The position numbers were made by a program, and so were the translations under genes. Below are positions 25,749-38,236 of a DNA stretch of 64,000 nt, piece after piece. Numbering within the stretch: position 1 is the first letter of the stretch; each line of letters starts with the position of its first letter. The notes below the pieces were generated by a model. It searched no databases and was not told where the DNA came from. It saw nothing but the letters and a program-made list of their open reading frames with translations. The stretch comes from Kudoa neothunni (taxonomy: Eukaryota > Animalia > Cnidaria). Where the stretch lies: assembly GCA_964304625.1 (NCBI GenBank), contig OZ199839.1:2823223-2887222 (forward strand). The letters are read 5' to 3'.

Positions 25749-26068
25749 GACAATAAAAGTTATTTTTATAATATTAATTAAAATTTTTTGATGAATATAT
25801 CAGATCAAGTATTTTAAAAATAGTCTACTTAAGAGAGAATGTTATAATCCACGGTTCTACCACCATACCGTGCTCCCTCGAAGATAAGACCTAATCTAAT
25901 GTTAATTTTACACAAGAATAGTGACTGGGTCTTATTTTTCCTGCATAAAATCGAAAGGATTACACATGTATCGGACAATCTAAAAATATAATGTTGATTA
26001 ATTTCTTTGGAGCAAATAATTGTTATTATCATTATAGAAAAGGTAATTATTCACTATTATTTTTGTAA

Positions 26069-26520
26069 TTAACCTTCTAAATAGCTAAAAAATTTACACC
26101 CTCGAAATAAAAATGGGGTAAAAATTTACCCCAAGGTTTTATGTGATAAAATAGTTTCAAATAAAATTCAACATTGACTGGCAAAAGACGAGGATAATCT
26201 ATTGAGGAAATTTTGAATAAATGACTTATTATTTACGTTATTTTCTACCCACGCATGCGCGCATATTAATGTTGTTACGTTTCTTTGGAATATGATTGTA
26301 TATATGTGTATTTCTGGGGGTTTTTAGTTTTAACATATAATTCAAATTTTATAACAGCTGACAATTAATTTGTCTTATTTACACAATGCAATGTAATACT
26401 GCGCAGAAATTCTAAATGATGGCAAACAGTGCCTATCTCATAAAGAAGTTATCATATATGTTTTTAAACTCTTTCTAAGACACAAATCTTGTTAAACTGT
26501 TAAATCATTATATCGTAAGT
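26069..26520 (+). mobile_element. Non-autonomous piggyBac-like repeat, copy 3
   Basis: Starts ttaaccttctaaatagctaaaaaatttacaccctcgaaataaaaatggg, the reverse complement of the ends at ~11320-11369 and ~16220-16250. Confidence 0.65.
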
Positions 26521-27149
26521 TTTTTAACACTCCCGGGACCAAACGGGATCCACCGTCATCCCATTTTCGGTAAATCTTATTTTTATAAATGAAAACCTCA
26601 TATATATCAGTGGAAAATTTATTTAATCTTATAAAATATATTCATATACTAAATAAACTTAAATTTTTGAAAAGTATTAGAATTTATCCTAGAAAAAATG
26701 CTTGTATAATTGAACACGTGTTCTTCATACGCTCACATATTTCATGCTATAACTCCATATTAAAATTATCAATAGATCAAAATAAACAACAAAAAATTAA
26801 CGCAATTAATATATATTAAACGTTCAATAAATGTGCAAATTGTATGTTTTCCTTTTTCGTATCGAAGGATTACGATGACGTCATAAGATTAAACTAAAAT
26901 TTATCGGCTATATGTATTTTAAACGTTAGGGATAAACGGCGTATATTTTTTCATTTTAGCTGATTAATTTAAAAAGAAATTTATATTTAGAAATGCCTTT
27001 TGATAACGATATCAATAGTTTGGGGCTCAATTACAGTATACGTGTATCAACTTCGGGGGGGGGGGGGCATCTTAACTTATTGGTGAATATTTGCGCCAGA
27101 CCTTCAAAGATCATTATTATCTGCATTTAAAATATAGTTTAGAATTATT

Positions 27150-28100
27150 TAATAAATGCATTGATATTGGCGAAACGTCTAATTCACAGAAATCATTGAT
27201 CCACACAAAAGGTCACGATGTGCATTTTATCAACGAAATATTAATAAAAAGCTAATATACGGCGTTATATCTACGAGGGGCCTATTTTCTGGTCTCACAG
27301 AACCAACAAAAAATTTTTTATTGCCAGACATGTAGTTTTGAAACCGGTTGATGATATATTTGACAAAAATTTGCTTTCTCTTCAGAAAACCTCGAAATTA
27401 ATGTGATTTATTTTTAAATAAACCTATTTTAAATTTTCGTATTTAATTTGTTCATTTTGAAAGTATAGACATACTTAAATATTTACAATTATGATCCATA
27501 CTTAACTTTACTTTCAATTTTGTGATTAACGACTATTCCTGGAAATCATGCTTGATACCTTATGCGGTTGCTTGTGTTCATTTCTTTTCTATATTTGATT
27601 GAACCAAGTTATTTTATCTCCAGGAACTTTCAACAATGTGAATACAATAAAACATATTTTTGAAATCTAGAATAACATGCGTTTTGATGCAGATGTTTAT
27701 AATATTTAATCGAATAATTAATTATATTTTTCTCAACTTTATTATGCTTTAAAGCAAACTTCTAATCGGATAATATAGCTGTGTGATGAGTAATAATTAC
27801 AAGAATAACTTTTGGGGTAAATTTCACAATAAAATAAGAAAATAATGATGAGTTCACAAACGACCTACATGGGCACATAAGGCACATAATGAAGTTTTCG
27901 ACACACGGTCCTTCGACGGTTAATGTTCTGTACAATACGAAACTAAGAAAACTGATAGAGTCATCAAATTTTGAATAACTAGTATAAGAATAATGAGAGC
28001 ATGATGAGCTATCGTTGTATTCAAGAGAAGATGACATGCTTATATCGATGTTGCGAATGCGGATGTGAATCGCGTGTGTAGTGTTATGCTATTTATTCAT
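27150..28100 (-). mobile_element. Probable hAT transposase relic (BED-finger-like start)
   Basis: The minus ORF 27762-28037 has a Ser-rich leader and IMCLMCPC. Downstream frames are decayed and the termini are not resolved. Confidence 0.3.
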
Positions 28101-28789
28101 CATTTACTCGATAGAATTTTCGTAAATTTTTAATAATGACATGTATCAACATTTTAAATAATTTTATTTGGAGGGTATTTTTACATTAACTTTTTCGATA
28201 TATGGAAAAAAAAGTTCAATTCGTTTTTATGAACGCTTTCGTAAAGATAAGAGATTACAAAAGCTTGAGAGGAGTTGTGTTCCATTAATACGCTATGATA
28301 TTGCTGGAAAAATTCACTTGGGCTAGAAATCTTCCCCATTTTACTTAGAAAGTTAAAGCCGATTAATAATAACCCTGTCGAATAACCACTGCCATGATAC
28401 TTTGAAACAGCTCCAGGTCTTTTTGATAATTTCCATTAGACATATCGTTATGGCTTATTTTGAGGGAAGCAGAGTATCAAGCATTCGTTGTTTTGTCATC
28501 AAGAAAATAAAAATTATTCTCTAATTATGAATCCAAAGTAATATTTCCTATTAATAGCTGCTGCTGACAATATATTTAGGAATTAGCTCGAATATACAAC
28601 TTTACTTGATAGTGGGTGATGGAATTTTTGTTATAGATTTATCGAATAATAAATTAAATTCATGTACGGAGTTTTAAAAATGTATAATCATATTTTCATT
28701 TTTAATTGATGCGTTTAAGTTTTTTTTCCTTACATTGAAGAAAATAATATTTTAGTCCAAATACACAGATTTGGATAATGATAAAGCCT

Positions 28790-29150
28790 AGGCCACCTTA
28801 TAAACACCCTTTTCGCGATTCTTTTTAATAAAATATATAAATATGAAGTGCACAAGTTCACCCTCAAGAAATAACTTCTAAAATTTAACAAGATCCCACT
28901 TTGAGTAAAATCGTTCCCGCGTGTAATCTCTCTCATGTTTACAAAAACCTGCAGATTTCCGTATTCTTAACATATTTTAACATATTCGTTGCTTTGCATC
29001 ATTTAAGTTATTTTGTAACATATTAATCTGGCCCAAAAATTAGGTTTTGTGCTTTATATAATGATGTTATATTTTACAAAATTAACAAATAAATTTACTC
29101 AAATTCAAGTATGTAAAATGTAAATTTTAATATTATTTAATTTTAAAATA
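28790..29150 (+). repeat. Interspersed repeat, copy 1 (copy 2 at 39870-40240)
   Basis: Collinear blocks aacttctaaa, atcccactt.gag, cgtgtaatctctct, attttaacat and attttacaaa are shared between the copies. Confidence 0.75.
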
Positions 29151-29899
29151 CCCTTTGAAAAAATCATAAATTATTTTATTTATCATCAAATAAAACATAA
29201 CTTAGAGCCATTATCACGATATAAAATGGAAGGTTTTGTATATGAATTGATTTAAGTTGAATATAAGTTTTAAATTATTTTATGAACTACTCTATTTGAA
29301 AAAATTTAATGAACCTATAATTTTAAAATAAACATTTTCATACGTTTTTTTAATAAGTGAACCTATGTAAATGGAATAGTTTATCAAAAACCTGAATATA
29401 AAATTAGTTAAGAGCCACATATGAACATTACAATTTTTTGAATATTTTCCAAATGATCCTCATCTATTTTTCTAAATCTCCATACTAATGGTTTAAATAG
29501 AAAAATTCTGTTGATATCCCTAATTTTTTGTGATAATGTTTATCAAATTGTTCGGATGGTATAATTTCTAAGTGTCAAAAGCATTTAATTATATATATAT
29601 ATATATATGTATCAATGATTAATTTATTAAATAAAATTCAGAAACCGTCACGTTATGAACGTTAATATATCTAACAAATTTTAAAATTACTAATATAACT
29701 TTAGTAAAATAATTCTGTGTCCATTTATTCTAACATCGATTTTTGAAGATATAAAAACACTAAAATATGAATATTTCAAGAATAGATTTATAATAATCTA
29801 ATTAAAATAAACATATATTGTTTTTAAAATGTTGTTGAGAAAATTTATTTCTTGGCTCATGATTAATTAATATCATGTTTTCCTCAATATTTATGAATG

Positions 29900-30330
29900 A
29901 TGCCTCTCTTTTTATTAAACGAAATTAGGTTTCTAGCCTCCCCAGGCATCCTTCTATAGTATTCGCGTAGGAACCATTCTAGAAGTATCCTTTTTTAGAG
30001 ATTGACCTTAACATGATTATAAACAAACTCATCTATATCATTATAGGCGGACCATTCGTCACTGGATAGAGATGACTCTTTTTGGATCTTGCCCAATCTC
30101 TTTCGATGGCAAACAAAAGTATCATCGGGAATTCCGCTTTTCTACGATAACCCTTTTTCCCACATCGCTAACTCTACTCTGAGCCATTTCAAAAAATCTA
30201 AGGATCATTAACCCCTCCATTATACTTTTCTCATCTTAGTATAGCATCAATTTGCACCATTTACTAAAGCAGTGGACTTCATAAAATACTGTCGAATGAT
30301 GCGTTGAAGAATTCAAACTTTATGTAAAAA
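29900..30330 (-). mobile_element. Decayed Merlin (ISXO2/IS1016-like) transposase relic
   Basis: Minus strand reads VQID..EKYNGG, SDEWSAYNDI..YNHVKVN and NTIEG, with stops and frameshifts. Confidence 0.7.
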
Positions 30331-30517
30331 ATCATATGATCCCAAGAAGATCTCGGATTTCACGCTAGTTTCCTAATAACTTGCCATATTGATCAGTTAT
30401 TATGAGAATATTTCTCAATAAAAGTTAAGGGGTTTTATTGCTGAAAAGATGAATTCGAAATATACAAAATAGCGATAGAAATCGCATTACACATTCAAAA
30501 AAAAACAATAAAAGAAA

Positions 30518-31905
30518 TTAAGAGTTAGCATTGGAAACACTTGGGTCGACACTTTCATGTTTACTTTGTAAATTATCGACATTATCACCATCGCAAGAAG
30601 TGACAAGGGTGGTTTCAGTAGTGACATCCAATGGAACGTTTTCGTCGACAATAGCATCATCATCATCAGATTTGGAGGGAGCTAATTCTGGCTGATCAGC
30701 AACTGAGTTTGTTGCATCGGTGGAAGCGTTGGAAGGAACAGTAAGTTCGTGGCTCTCATTTGTGTCATCTGGACCACATTGATCAACCGTCTCAGATTTA
30801 ATTATTTCACTAGGTTCAGCAGGTTCCATAGTAACAGTATCATTAGTGGTAGGCGATTCTTTGCTTGATTCTGGCAGATCAATTTTAGGGAGTTTTTCAG
30901 GGATTGATTCAATTGAGTCACACTTCATATTGTCAGTTTCCACCAATGAACAAACCAGACCTGAACTTTCAATAGGTTCATCACTTGTTGTTGATTCGTG
31001 TGTTGTGGAAGAATTTTCAGCATGGGCTGAAGTGTTCAATAGTGCAGCTTGGACTGCCGCACTTTTAATGGCCTCGTTTTCCTCGCGGATAAGTTCTATT
31101 CTGCGTTTAGTGACTGAGATCTCATCTAAAATTCTATTTTGAGCACTTGTGATAAGTGTTTTTGTGCTTTCGATAATGGATTCCCCTACTGTACATTACA
31201 TTATATGATCAGAATACAAATTTACAGTTGAAATGATGTTGAAATGTCAATTTTGGTGCAGGATTATCGTTTTCCAACATAAATTGGTTGAACAAACATT
31301 CAGGAGGATCAATGAAAACCAATTCCTCATAATGCTCAGAAACCAATGGTTTATCCTGCGTTGGGGGTTCACTTTGACCGATAGGAAATAATCGAATAAC
31401 ATGATACAAAGTCACCTTGATCAGGCAAAAATATTACAGAAGCAACCAAAAACAATATGTACTGGTTTTTCAGCATTGTCTACAAAATACAATGTGATGG
31501 ATATTTCGAATTCACCCCATCCAGATTCCGTGACTTCAAAGGGAGGCTCAGTTACTTCTATAATAGTTCAGAAAAATTTTAATATCTCACTGAAATCACC
31601 TCTGATAGGAACCGGATAACTTTCGTGAAGTGTGAACTGTACTTTATTAATTATTTTTGTTATATCCTTAAATTTGAATGCAAAAACACGTAAAAACCAC
31701 TCTACAAATACCTCATTATAATAAGGTTTAAAGTAGACCTTCCAAATATGACTATTAGGGTCATTCTCAGCTCTATCCACTACAGGATGAGATTCTGACC
31801 CAATAATAACTTTCTTAACTAATTTTTTACCCTATAAAATACTCAGCGAGAGAGATGGATGGAACTGGTCACCTTAACGCGCTGCAGTCCCGTACTCTGT
31901 GACAT
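30518..31905 (-). CDS. YEATS4: YEATS domain protein 4 (GAS41/Yaf9) with a long acidic C-terminal extension
   Basis: [11 protein letters not shown]|[25 protein letters not shown]|[22 protein letters not shown]|[19 protein letters not shown]..|[24 protein letters not shown], then a coiled coil and ~175 aa of Ser/Thr/Asp/Glu-rich tail. Confidence 0.92.
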
Positions 31906-32355
31906 TCAAAGTGTTTCGAAGCAATCGCGCATTGGCTAACCACTACATACCCAACTCTCTATTCACCTAACCTGCTAGCAGCACAGCCACGCGACAATTA
32001 CTACGTTAAAAAAGCAAAGCATCAAATGCACCTAACAACACCCTTTTCTGCAAATGTATTATAAGATGGAGGCGAGAATATAATTTAAATTTATTGTTGA
32101 TCTGGTCAGAAAGTGAATATCTTCAATACGATCAGACATATGCTCGTAAATTCATCAACCCAGACAACGTTACCAGCACGCGCAAACAACAAGATCAATT
32201 GGTAAAACACGCGTATTTTGCGAAGATCAACGAAAAAAGCTTACATATTTATTATGCACGTGGCTTCAGGGTATGTAATGTACACCCGGAGTGTGCCATA
32301 CGACAAAAAATGCCTTATAAACATGGTTTTTCGTTAATATTGGTATATTGATTTA

Positions 32356-33374
32356 GGTTAAAGTTTACATACCCAGTACTCGGGATTCCTCGGTTGCGAG
32401 GTCACACGACTCCCCCAAACCACGAATTCTTCCCGCTGTTTGTTCAACTAATAATTTAGATGAAGTGAACCTTGAAAAAAATAACATATTTCAAAGATAG
32501 GAAGGATGAACTGTTGAAATTTTTAATTGAAATTGGACTTTTGCCTAGAGAGAGTATGCATTTGTGGATTTAGAATGGTTATGGCGATTCAGCCACGATA
32601 TCCAGATGGGTACAGTTTCAGATGTCATAATCGTGGTTGCCTAAAAGAACTATCCATCAGATATAATAGTTCCTTTTGCCAGTCGAAACTCTCATTATAT
32701 CAAATTTTAAAAATTATATATCTCTGGTGCAATGAGATGCAGAGCCAGCGTATCCTCATGAAAGAATGCAGATTAGAGTCTACTAGGACGGCATGCGACT
32801 GGAAAAATTTTATGCGGGACTTATGTCTGAGTTATTATATCATGAACCCCACTAAAATAGGCGGCCCCGGAATAAAAGAGCAGATTGACGAAAGTCAAAT
32901 TTGCAAAAGGAAGTTTCATGTTGGAAGGATCTTGCAAACTCAGGGTGTATGGATTGTCGATGAAAATGGAGAGTTTTTCATGGTTCAAACTGAAATTAGA
33001 GATCAGCCGACATTAGAAGGGATTATTCTTCAATATGTTAATCAAGGTTCAATAATACACACTGATGGATGGCCAAGCTACGAAAACTTAGAAAATATTG
33101 GTTATCAGCATGACGTAGTGATTCATAAGTATGAATTCGTGAGTGCCACTGGTGTTCGTACTAACAGAAATGAAAGTTTGTGGGGAGCTTTTAAACGTAA
33201 GTATAGGCGTATAACAAACAATAAAATATTGTCTGAATTAATAAATGTAATAAAATTAGTTTATAATTTTGAAAATTAAAATGTACAATTTTCAGTTTTT
33301 ATGTTTTGCGCAGCGCTTCGTTGATTCTAGGAAAAGAAAAATCCCGAGTGTTGGGGATGTGGTAAATTTTAGCC
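32356..33374 (+). mobile_element. Merlin DNA transposon (ISXO2/IS1595-like DDE transposase), near complete
   Basis: Imperfect ~35-bp TIRs starting GG (ggttaaagtttacatacccagtactcgggatt / aatcccgagtgttggggatgtggtaaattttagcc) and an 8-bp TSD ttgattta/ttgattca. ORF 32527-33279 has a Zn ribbon, QIDESQICKRKFHVGR, IHTDGWPSY and TNRNESLW. Confidence 0.92.
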
Positions 33375-33385
33375 TTGATTCATCT

Positions 33386-36193
33386 TAGAGATTAAGATCA
33401 GTTCGGTTTTTGACTAAACCGAAACCGATTATAAAAAGGCACTGGCTATTGACACGGAAGTTTTTAATCTAAAATGACAATTACGCTTGCGCGGATCCCA
33501 TTTTTAATTAAATACAGTCGAAACTATACCTACTTGGGTATTATGGTCAGTGTCAATAGTCACTTTCTTTTAAAAATCTATTTTTCAATTAACATGTTTT
33601 GGATTCTGTTCTCAACTGATGCATCATTTTGAACAGCGAATGACTAAAATAAGTTTTCAATCAATAACATTTTAAGGTAATTGTGGAGTTCATGACTCCC
33701 CCTTTTTAGCGTTTTTTGCTACTTTTTTCGTCGGAAGCGGTTCTAAAAAATCTTATATTCGTGTCTCGTCTGGAGAGCATCAAAATGTTTCCCCAGAATT
33801 GTAAAAATCAATTTTTCTTCTAATCGTATATATGATGGTGAAATCAATAACATAATCCTCATGTTAAACACTGGTTTCTATATTTCACTATGAAGGAAAA
33901 TGAATGTGAATGCGAATCATGCATGAAAATATTTATTTTATTTTTACATGATATTATTGTTTAAAAAATTAACAGAAAGTCATTATTAATGGCTGTTGTT
34001 CTGATATATGGAATATTAAAAGTTCCTTGATATTCACAATACTTTCTCTTTTAAATGTTTGCATAATTAAAGCAAAATATCTATTTTTAGCATTATACAT
34101 CTCTCCATTCGAAACGCTCTATCGTTTAAGGCAATTATTGAGTGTTATTTGGTAAATTGGCTTCTAACCTTAACTTTAAGAGGTAATTATTAACTGGAAA
34201 ATGTATAAAAACTAATTTAATAGTCCTTAAGAATGTTTAAAAACTAAAAAAATCTTCAGAAATCAATTTTCGGTGATGGATAATAATTAATGAAGCATAA
34301 TTATACGATATGTTTGTATAATTTTTATATTGTTTGATCAGTTGTTACCATCGAATTATTTTTCATTATCTAAATATTGTATAATTTAAATTAGATTAAT
34401 ATTTTTTTAATTAAATTTCATATTTTGATTATTAAAGTATAATAATTAAAGGCAAGCCCTATTTCTTGATATTTATTATCCCGATCAAAACTTTTCGATC
34501 ATTTAAGCTGAAAAATAATTTTGATAATTTCTAAAAAGGTCCCCATGAATGATCACAAGAACATAATATCCAATTTCTTCGAAGATTGTCATTTTCATTA
34601 TCCCGCCAGCGAATGCACACGACACACTCATCAGATGATGGTTTTTGCGTCAGTTATAAAACAAGCAGTTGGTTTTCATTTTATAGGAAATGTGTCTATT
34701 GTCCGAATGGATGAAAATTGCAACGCACTGACGGATTTATACCCTCAAGAATGGTTACGAATAACTTCATAATTATCCCTAGTTAAATAAAAATATAGCA
34801 CCGTATATCCTTTATCACGTAAAAGTTTTTTTTTAAAACAATATCAACCTTAATATAATTCATTGAAATTATATAAATATTAAACAGAATAAGGGTAAAA
34901 TAAGTATTTGTGATATTACTTAACTTTCAAAAATCACTTGTTTACTATCACTTTCTCAACATAAATTTTTGAATAAAAAAAATTTTCTGTCATTGCGTTA
35001 CAGCAACTAAGAGTAGAGAAACCACCATCATACCTTGGTGGAAAAACTAATCATACTTTTTATTCATATAGAAAATGTATTGGTTTCTATTTAAGATGAA
35101 TTTTAAAACATGATTTTATAAAAAACCTTCAAATAACAACAAATTAAGAGAACTCAGTTTGAGTTATGTTTGTTACACAAAACTATTTATATTCGACATC
35201 ATTATATTATAATAATTAAATTAATACCATTTTCACCAAAATATTTGTCTTAAAACGTAATAAAATAAAATATGTGTTTAATTTCGAAGTAGAACATAAA
35301 TTTGAGCCAAAGAAACGTTCGCGTATTATTTTAGGTTTTAGTTATTTTAAATAAGCATTTAACTCAATATTTATCTTTCTTTGTTCCATTAAATATCAAG
35401 AATTGGAAGAAAAATGAAATTAAATAAAAAAAATTAATATAAACTTTTACATATCATAGTTATTTTTTCATTAATAATAATCCGTCAAAGTAAGTTTAAT
35501 TTCTAAAGATTATTATCAATTTATAGCTTTTTTAGTGACTATTATTTTAGTTAATTACAAATTCTCCAATTATTAATCACACCTTAAACACAGTTTAGGA
35601 GATAATCCATCAAATAACGCTCAATAATTGTCTCTAATAGTGTAGCGTATTGACAATAAAAATTCTCACGACTAAGAATAATAATACAACTTTAATTAGG
35701 ATAAAATAAAAATGAAAAAATGCTGTGAGGATGGAGAAAATTTCAATATTTTACGTGCCTGAACAACAAACGTTTATAACGTTTATTGTTTATTTGTTTT
35801 CATTATAATACCATGCAAAAATAAAATTAACATTTATGTGAACGAATTGTAATCACATTCATATTCCTGCATAGTGAAATATAGAAACCAGTGTTTAACA
35901 TGAGGATTATGTTGTTGATTTCACCATCATATGTGCGATTAGAAGAAACATGTATTTTTCTAATTTTTGAAAAAATTTTGATTCACTACAGATGAGAAGC
36001 GCATATAAGATTTTTTAGAGCCGCTTTTGACGAAAAAAGTCATAATAAAACGTTAAAAATAAGGGAGCCACACGCTCCACAATAGCCGATGTTTATATAT
36101 TTTTTTGTGTGCAAAAGACTTTAAATTGATAATTGAACAAATTAGTTGCTAAACCATTTTAAAAATGACCGAAACCGAACCGCCTCAACCCTC
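33386..36193. mobile_element. hAT-like shell enclosing the long-TIR element
   Basis: The left end tagagattaagatcagttcggttt and the right end aaaccgaaccgcctcaaccct are degenerate inverted repeats with aaccga subterminal motifs. Confidence 0.45.
33676..36087. mobile_element. Non-autonomous DNA element with ~250-bp terminal inverted repeats (possibly Kolobok-type)
   Basis: 33676-33925 is the reverse complement of ~35835-36087. The left end is TTAA|GG. An internal minus-strand relic, ECVVC..NWILCSCDHSW, is PHD-finger-like. Confidence 0.75.
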
Positions 36194-36440
36194 CCCCCCC
36201 CCTTTTCATCTGCGTATTTTGTATAAAACAGTAAAATTTGGATAATATTTTAAAAGCAGAATCTTCGCTGCATATCAAGCCCTTTCGCGCTGTTATTCAA
36301 AAATCAAAATTATACAAACTTATTAAGATAACTATATTGCCATTTTATCAGTTTAAAATTTATAAACAAAATTATTTTGTTGATGGAACACGAAACATTA
36401 CAATTCACTGAGTGAATCATTAATCTCCATATTGTTTACT

Positions 36441-36933
36441 AAGCCTGAACAATATAAAATAGTGGTGTTAGGTCGAGATCGCATACCATAGGGTTGCGAG
36501 TTCGAAGCCTAATGGGGGCGTTTATGTACTCCTAATCCGAAATTGAGTAGGGAGTCTGTAGCAATCGCAAGGATCTATGATTTATCGTGGTCTTGCTTGC
36601 AGCTGAAAGAGGAGCTTGGCGGAAGGATAAAACTCGGGCGCTCATAAACACCGGTGTACAGGAACGAAATAAAACTCAACAAGGAGTTTACGCAGAGCCG
36701 ACGCCCGCATTCTGACAACTTTCCCAGACTAATTCTGGGTTAGTCCAGGGTATGGTTGGGGTGGTAGTTGTTCCAAAACGGGGATGTTTAATGGGTTAAA
36801 ATCTCACACTACCGTTTACACTTAAGTTCCATTAATGTGACGCTGCGGTGCCTAAAGATTAAATGGAGAAGGCCTAACCAACCCAAACTTCACAACCTAA
36901 CAAGTCACGCCAGGGGTTTTACCTTGTAAAAAA
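36441..36933 (+). mobile_element. tRNA-headed SINE, family B
   Basis: 15-bp TSD tccatattgtttact (36426-36440) / tccgtattgtttact (36934-36948), B-box gagttcgaagcc, GC-rich body, and a 3' tail ending ggggttttacctt + A-run. Confidence 0.8.
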
Positions 36934-36969
36934 TCCGTATTGTTTACTGCAACAATGCTCGTCTGAACC

Positions 36970-37230
36970 ATGAGTAATAGCGACTATCTTAAAACATATT
37001 CAAAATTTTCTTACTATGAAAAAATGAAAGTTGTTGCTGATAGTAGACCTATCCCAGAGCTTTCACAATTACAGAAAATGTTGGATAAAATTACCAAAAC
37101 ATTCCAGACTATCTGGTACAAAAAAAAGAATGGATTCGTGACTGTTTTAAAATCATTTAACTTTTTACAAATTCTTAAGTTTTACTTATATATTTTTAAA
37201 GTTTGTAATTATATTTTTTGGGCGGTTTAA
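36970..37230 (+). mobile_element. hAT transposase N-terminal (TTF zinc-finger-like) fragment
   Basis: KMKVVADSRPIPEL..KTFQTIWYKK resembles the RP.P..R.F...WY start of ZMYM1/DUF4371-type hAT transposases. Truncated. Confidence 0.45.
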
Positions 37231-37319
37231 AAATTCGAGGTAATCTAATACTGAGGTAAAATCATTGAATGCTTATTCCAAGCAAATATTCATGAAATGC
37301 GTCGGATATTTACAGTAAC

Positions 37320-38232
37320 CAGGGCGTTCAAACCTTGGGATTTTTCTACTAACCTTGAGTTCTTGGGGGTTTTTGTTTCTTAACAAAGCTTGAGATTATT
37401 GAATTCTTTGAGATCAGTTTACAAATAATAAGTTTTAGAAGTAGATAGAATAATCATATTTATTGTTTTAGTAATGGAGAGAATTAAGATTATTCAAAAT
37501 TTTAAGAGGGTATCACGATCGTCGACAACGCGTTGTCTTCCAACCCTTGGATAATTTTTATTTAATTAATTGTTCTTATTATTCTACGATTGTATTTGGA
37601 TATTTTAGCGCTATCTTAAAATTTTATAGTTTTTTGAATAATATATTTTGAAGTTATTGACGTATATTATTTTAAAATATGCGTGAAAATTCAAACGGAG
37701 CTCAACAAAGAACGTGGGATAATATTTTCTTCAATCAAGATTGGTTACAAGTAGACTTTAAATATTGGCTTGATCATGATTCTAAGGATAGAAATTCTAG
37801 CTACCGAAAATATTGAACGAATTTTTTCATCAATGAACACAGTAAAAACTAAACAAACCAACTCATTAAAGGCTGAAACTGTAAAATATAAACCTCTCGC
37901 AAAGCAGTTGATCAGAAGAAACAATAAATGTGTTTGACGTTGCATCCAACAAATAAACTAATTCATGACGTGAGCAGCGGTGTCGCGAGCCAACGATACC
38001 TTGAACGCTTGAAAAATAGATCAAACTTGCCATTTGTTAGTTGGAGGTTGTGAAGATGATGAAGACGATTCGATTGACGACAATAATTAGAAAACGAGTT
38101 TAAAATAACAAAATTTTATTATTTTAATAATATTATTGTATTTTCTTTGCGACCTTGGGGTTTTCCATTGAACCTTTGATCTATTAAGAGTTCAACCTTG
38201 GGTGTTTTCCGATAGTCTCATTGGACACCCTG
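37320..38232 (+). mobile_element. Internally deleted hAT element A
   Basis: TIRs cagggcgttcaa / ttggacaccctg and repeated aaccttg subterminal motifs. Dimerisation-domain relic NIERIFSSMNTVKTKQTNSLKAETV. Confidence 0.8.
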
Positions 38233-38236
38233 ACAG

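Noticed and set aside
30846-31142. Plus-strand ORFs opposite YEATS4 (also 31401-31619), and ORFs opposite PPIL3 and NF1 exons
   Set aside because: They are antisense shadows of real exons.
32527-33279. Bacterial IS1595 insertion, contamination or recent bacterial HGT
   Set aside because: It sits among spliced animal genes, has an 8-bp TSD, and a second decayed relative is nearby. This fits the eukaryotic Merlin superfamily.
36590-36760. Hammerhead ribozyme or retrozyme in the SINE body
   Set aside because: Hairpins are present (cccaga/tctggg, gactaa/ttagtc), but I could not assemble a CUGANGA..GAAA core with three stems.
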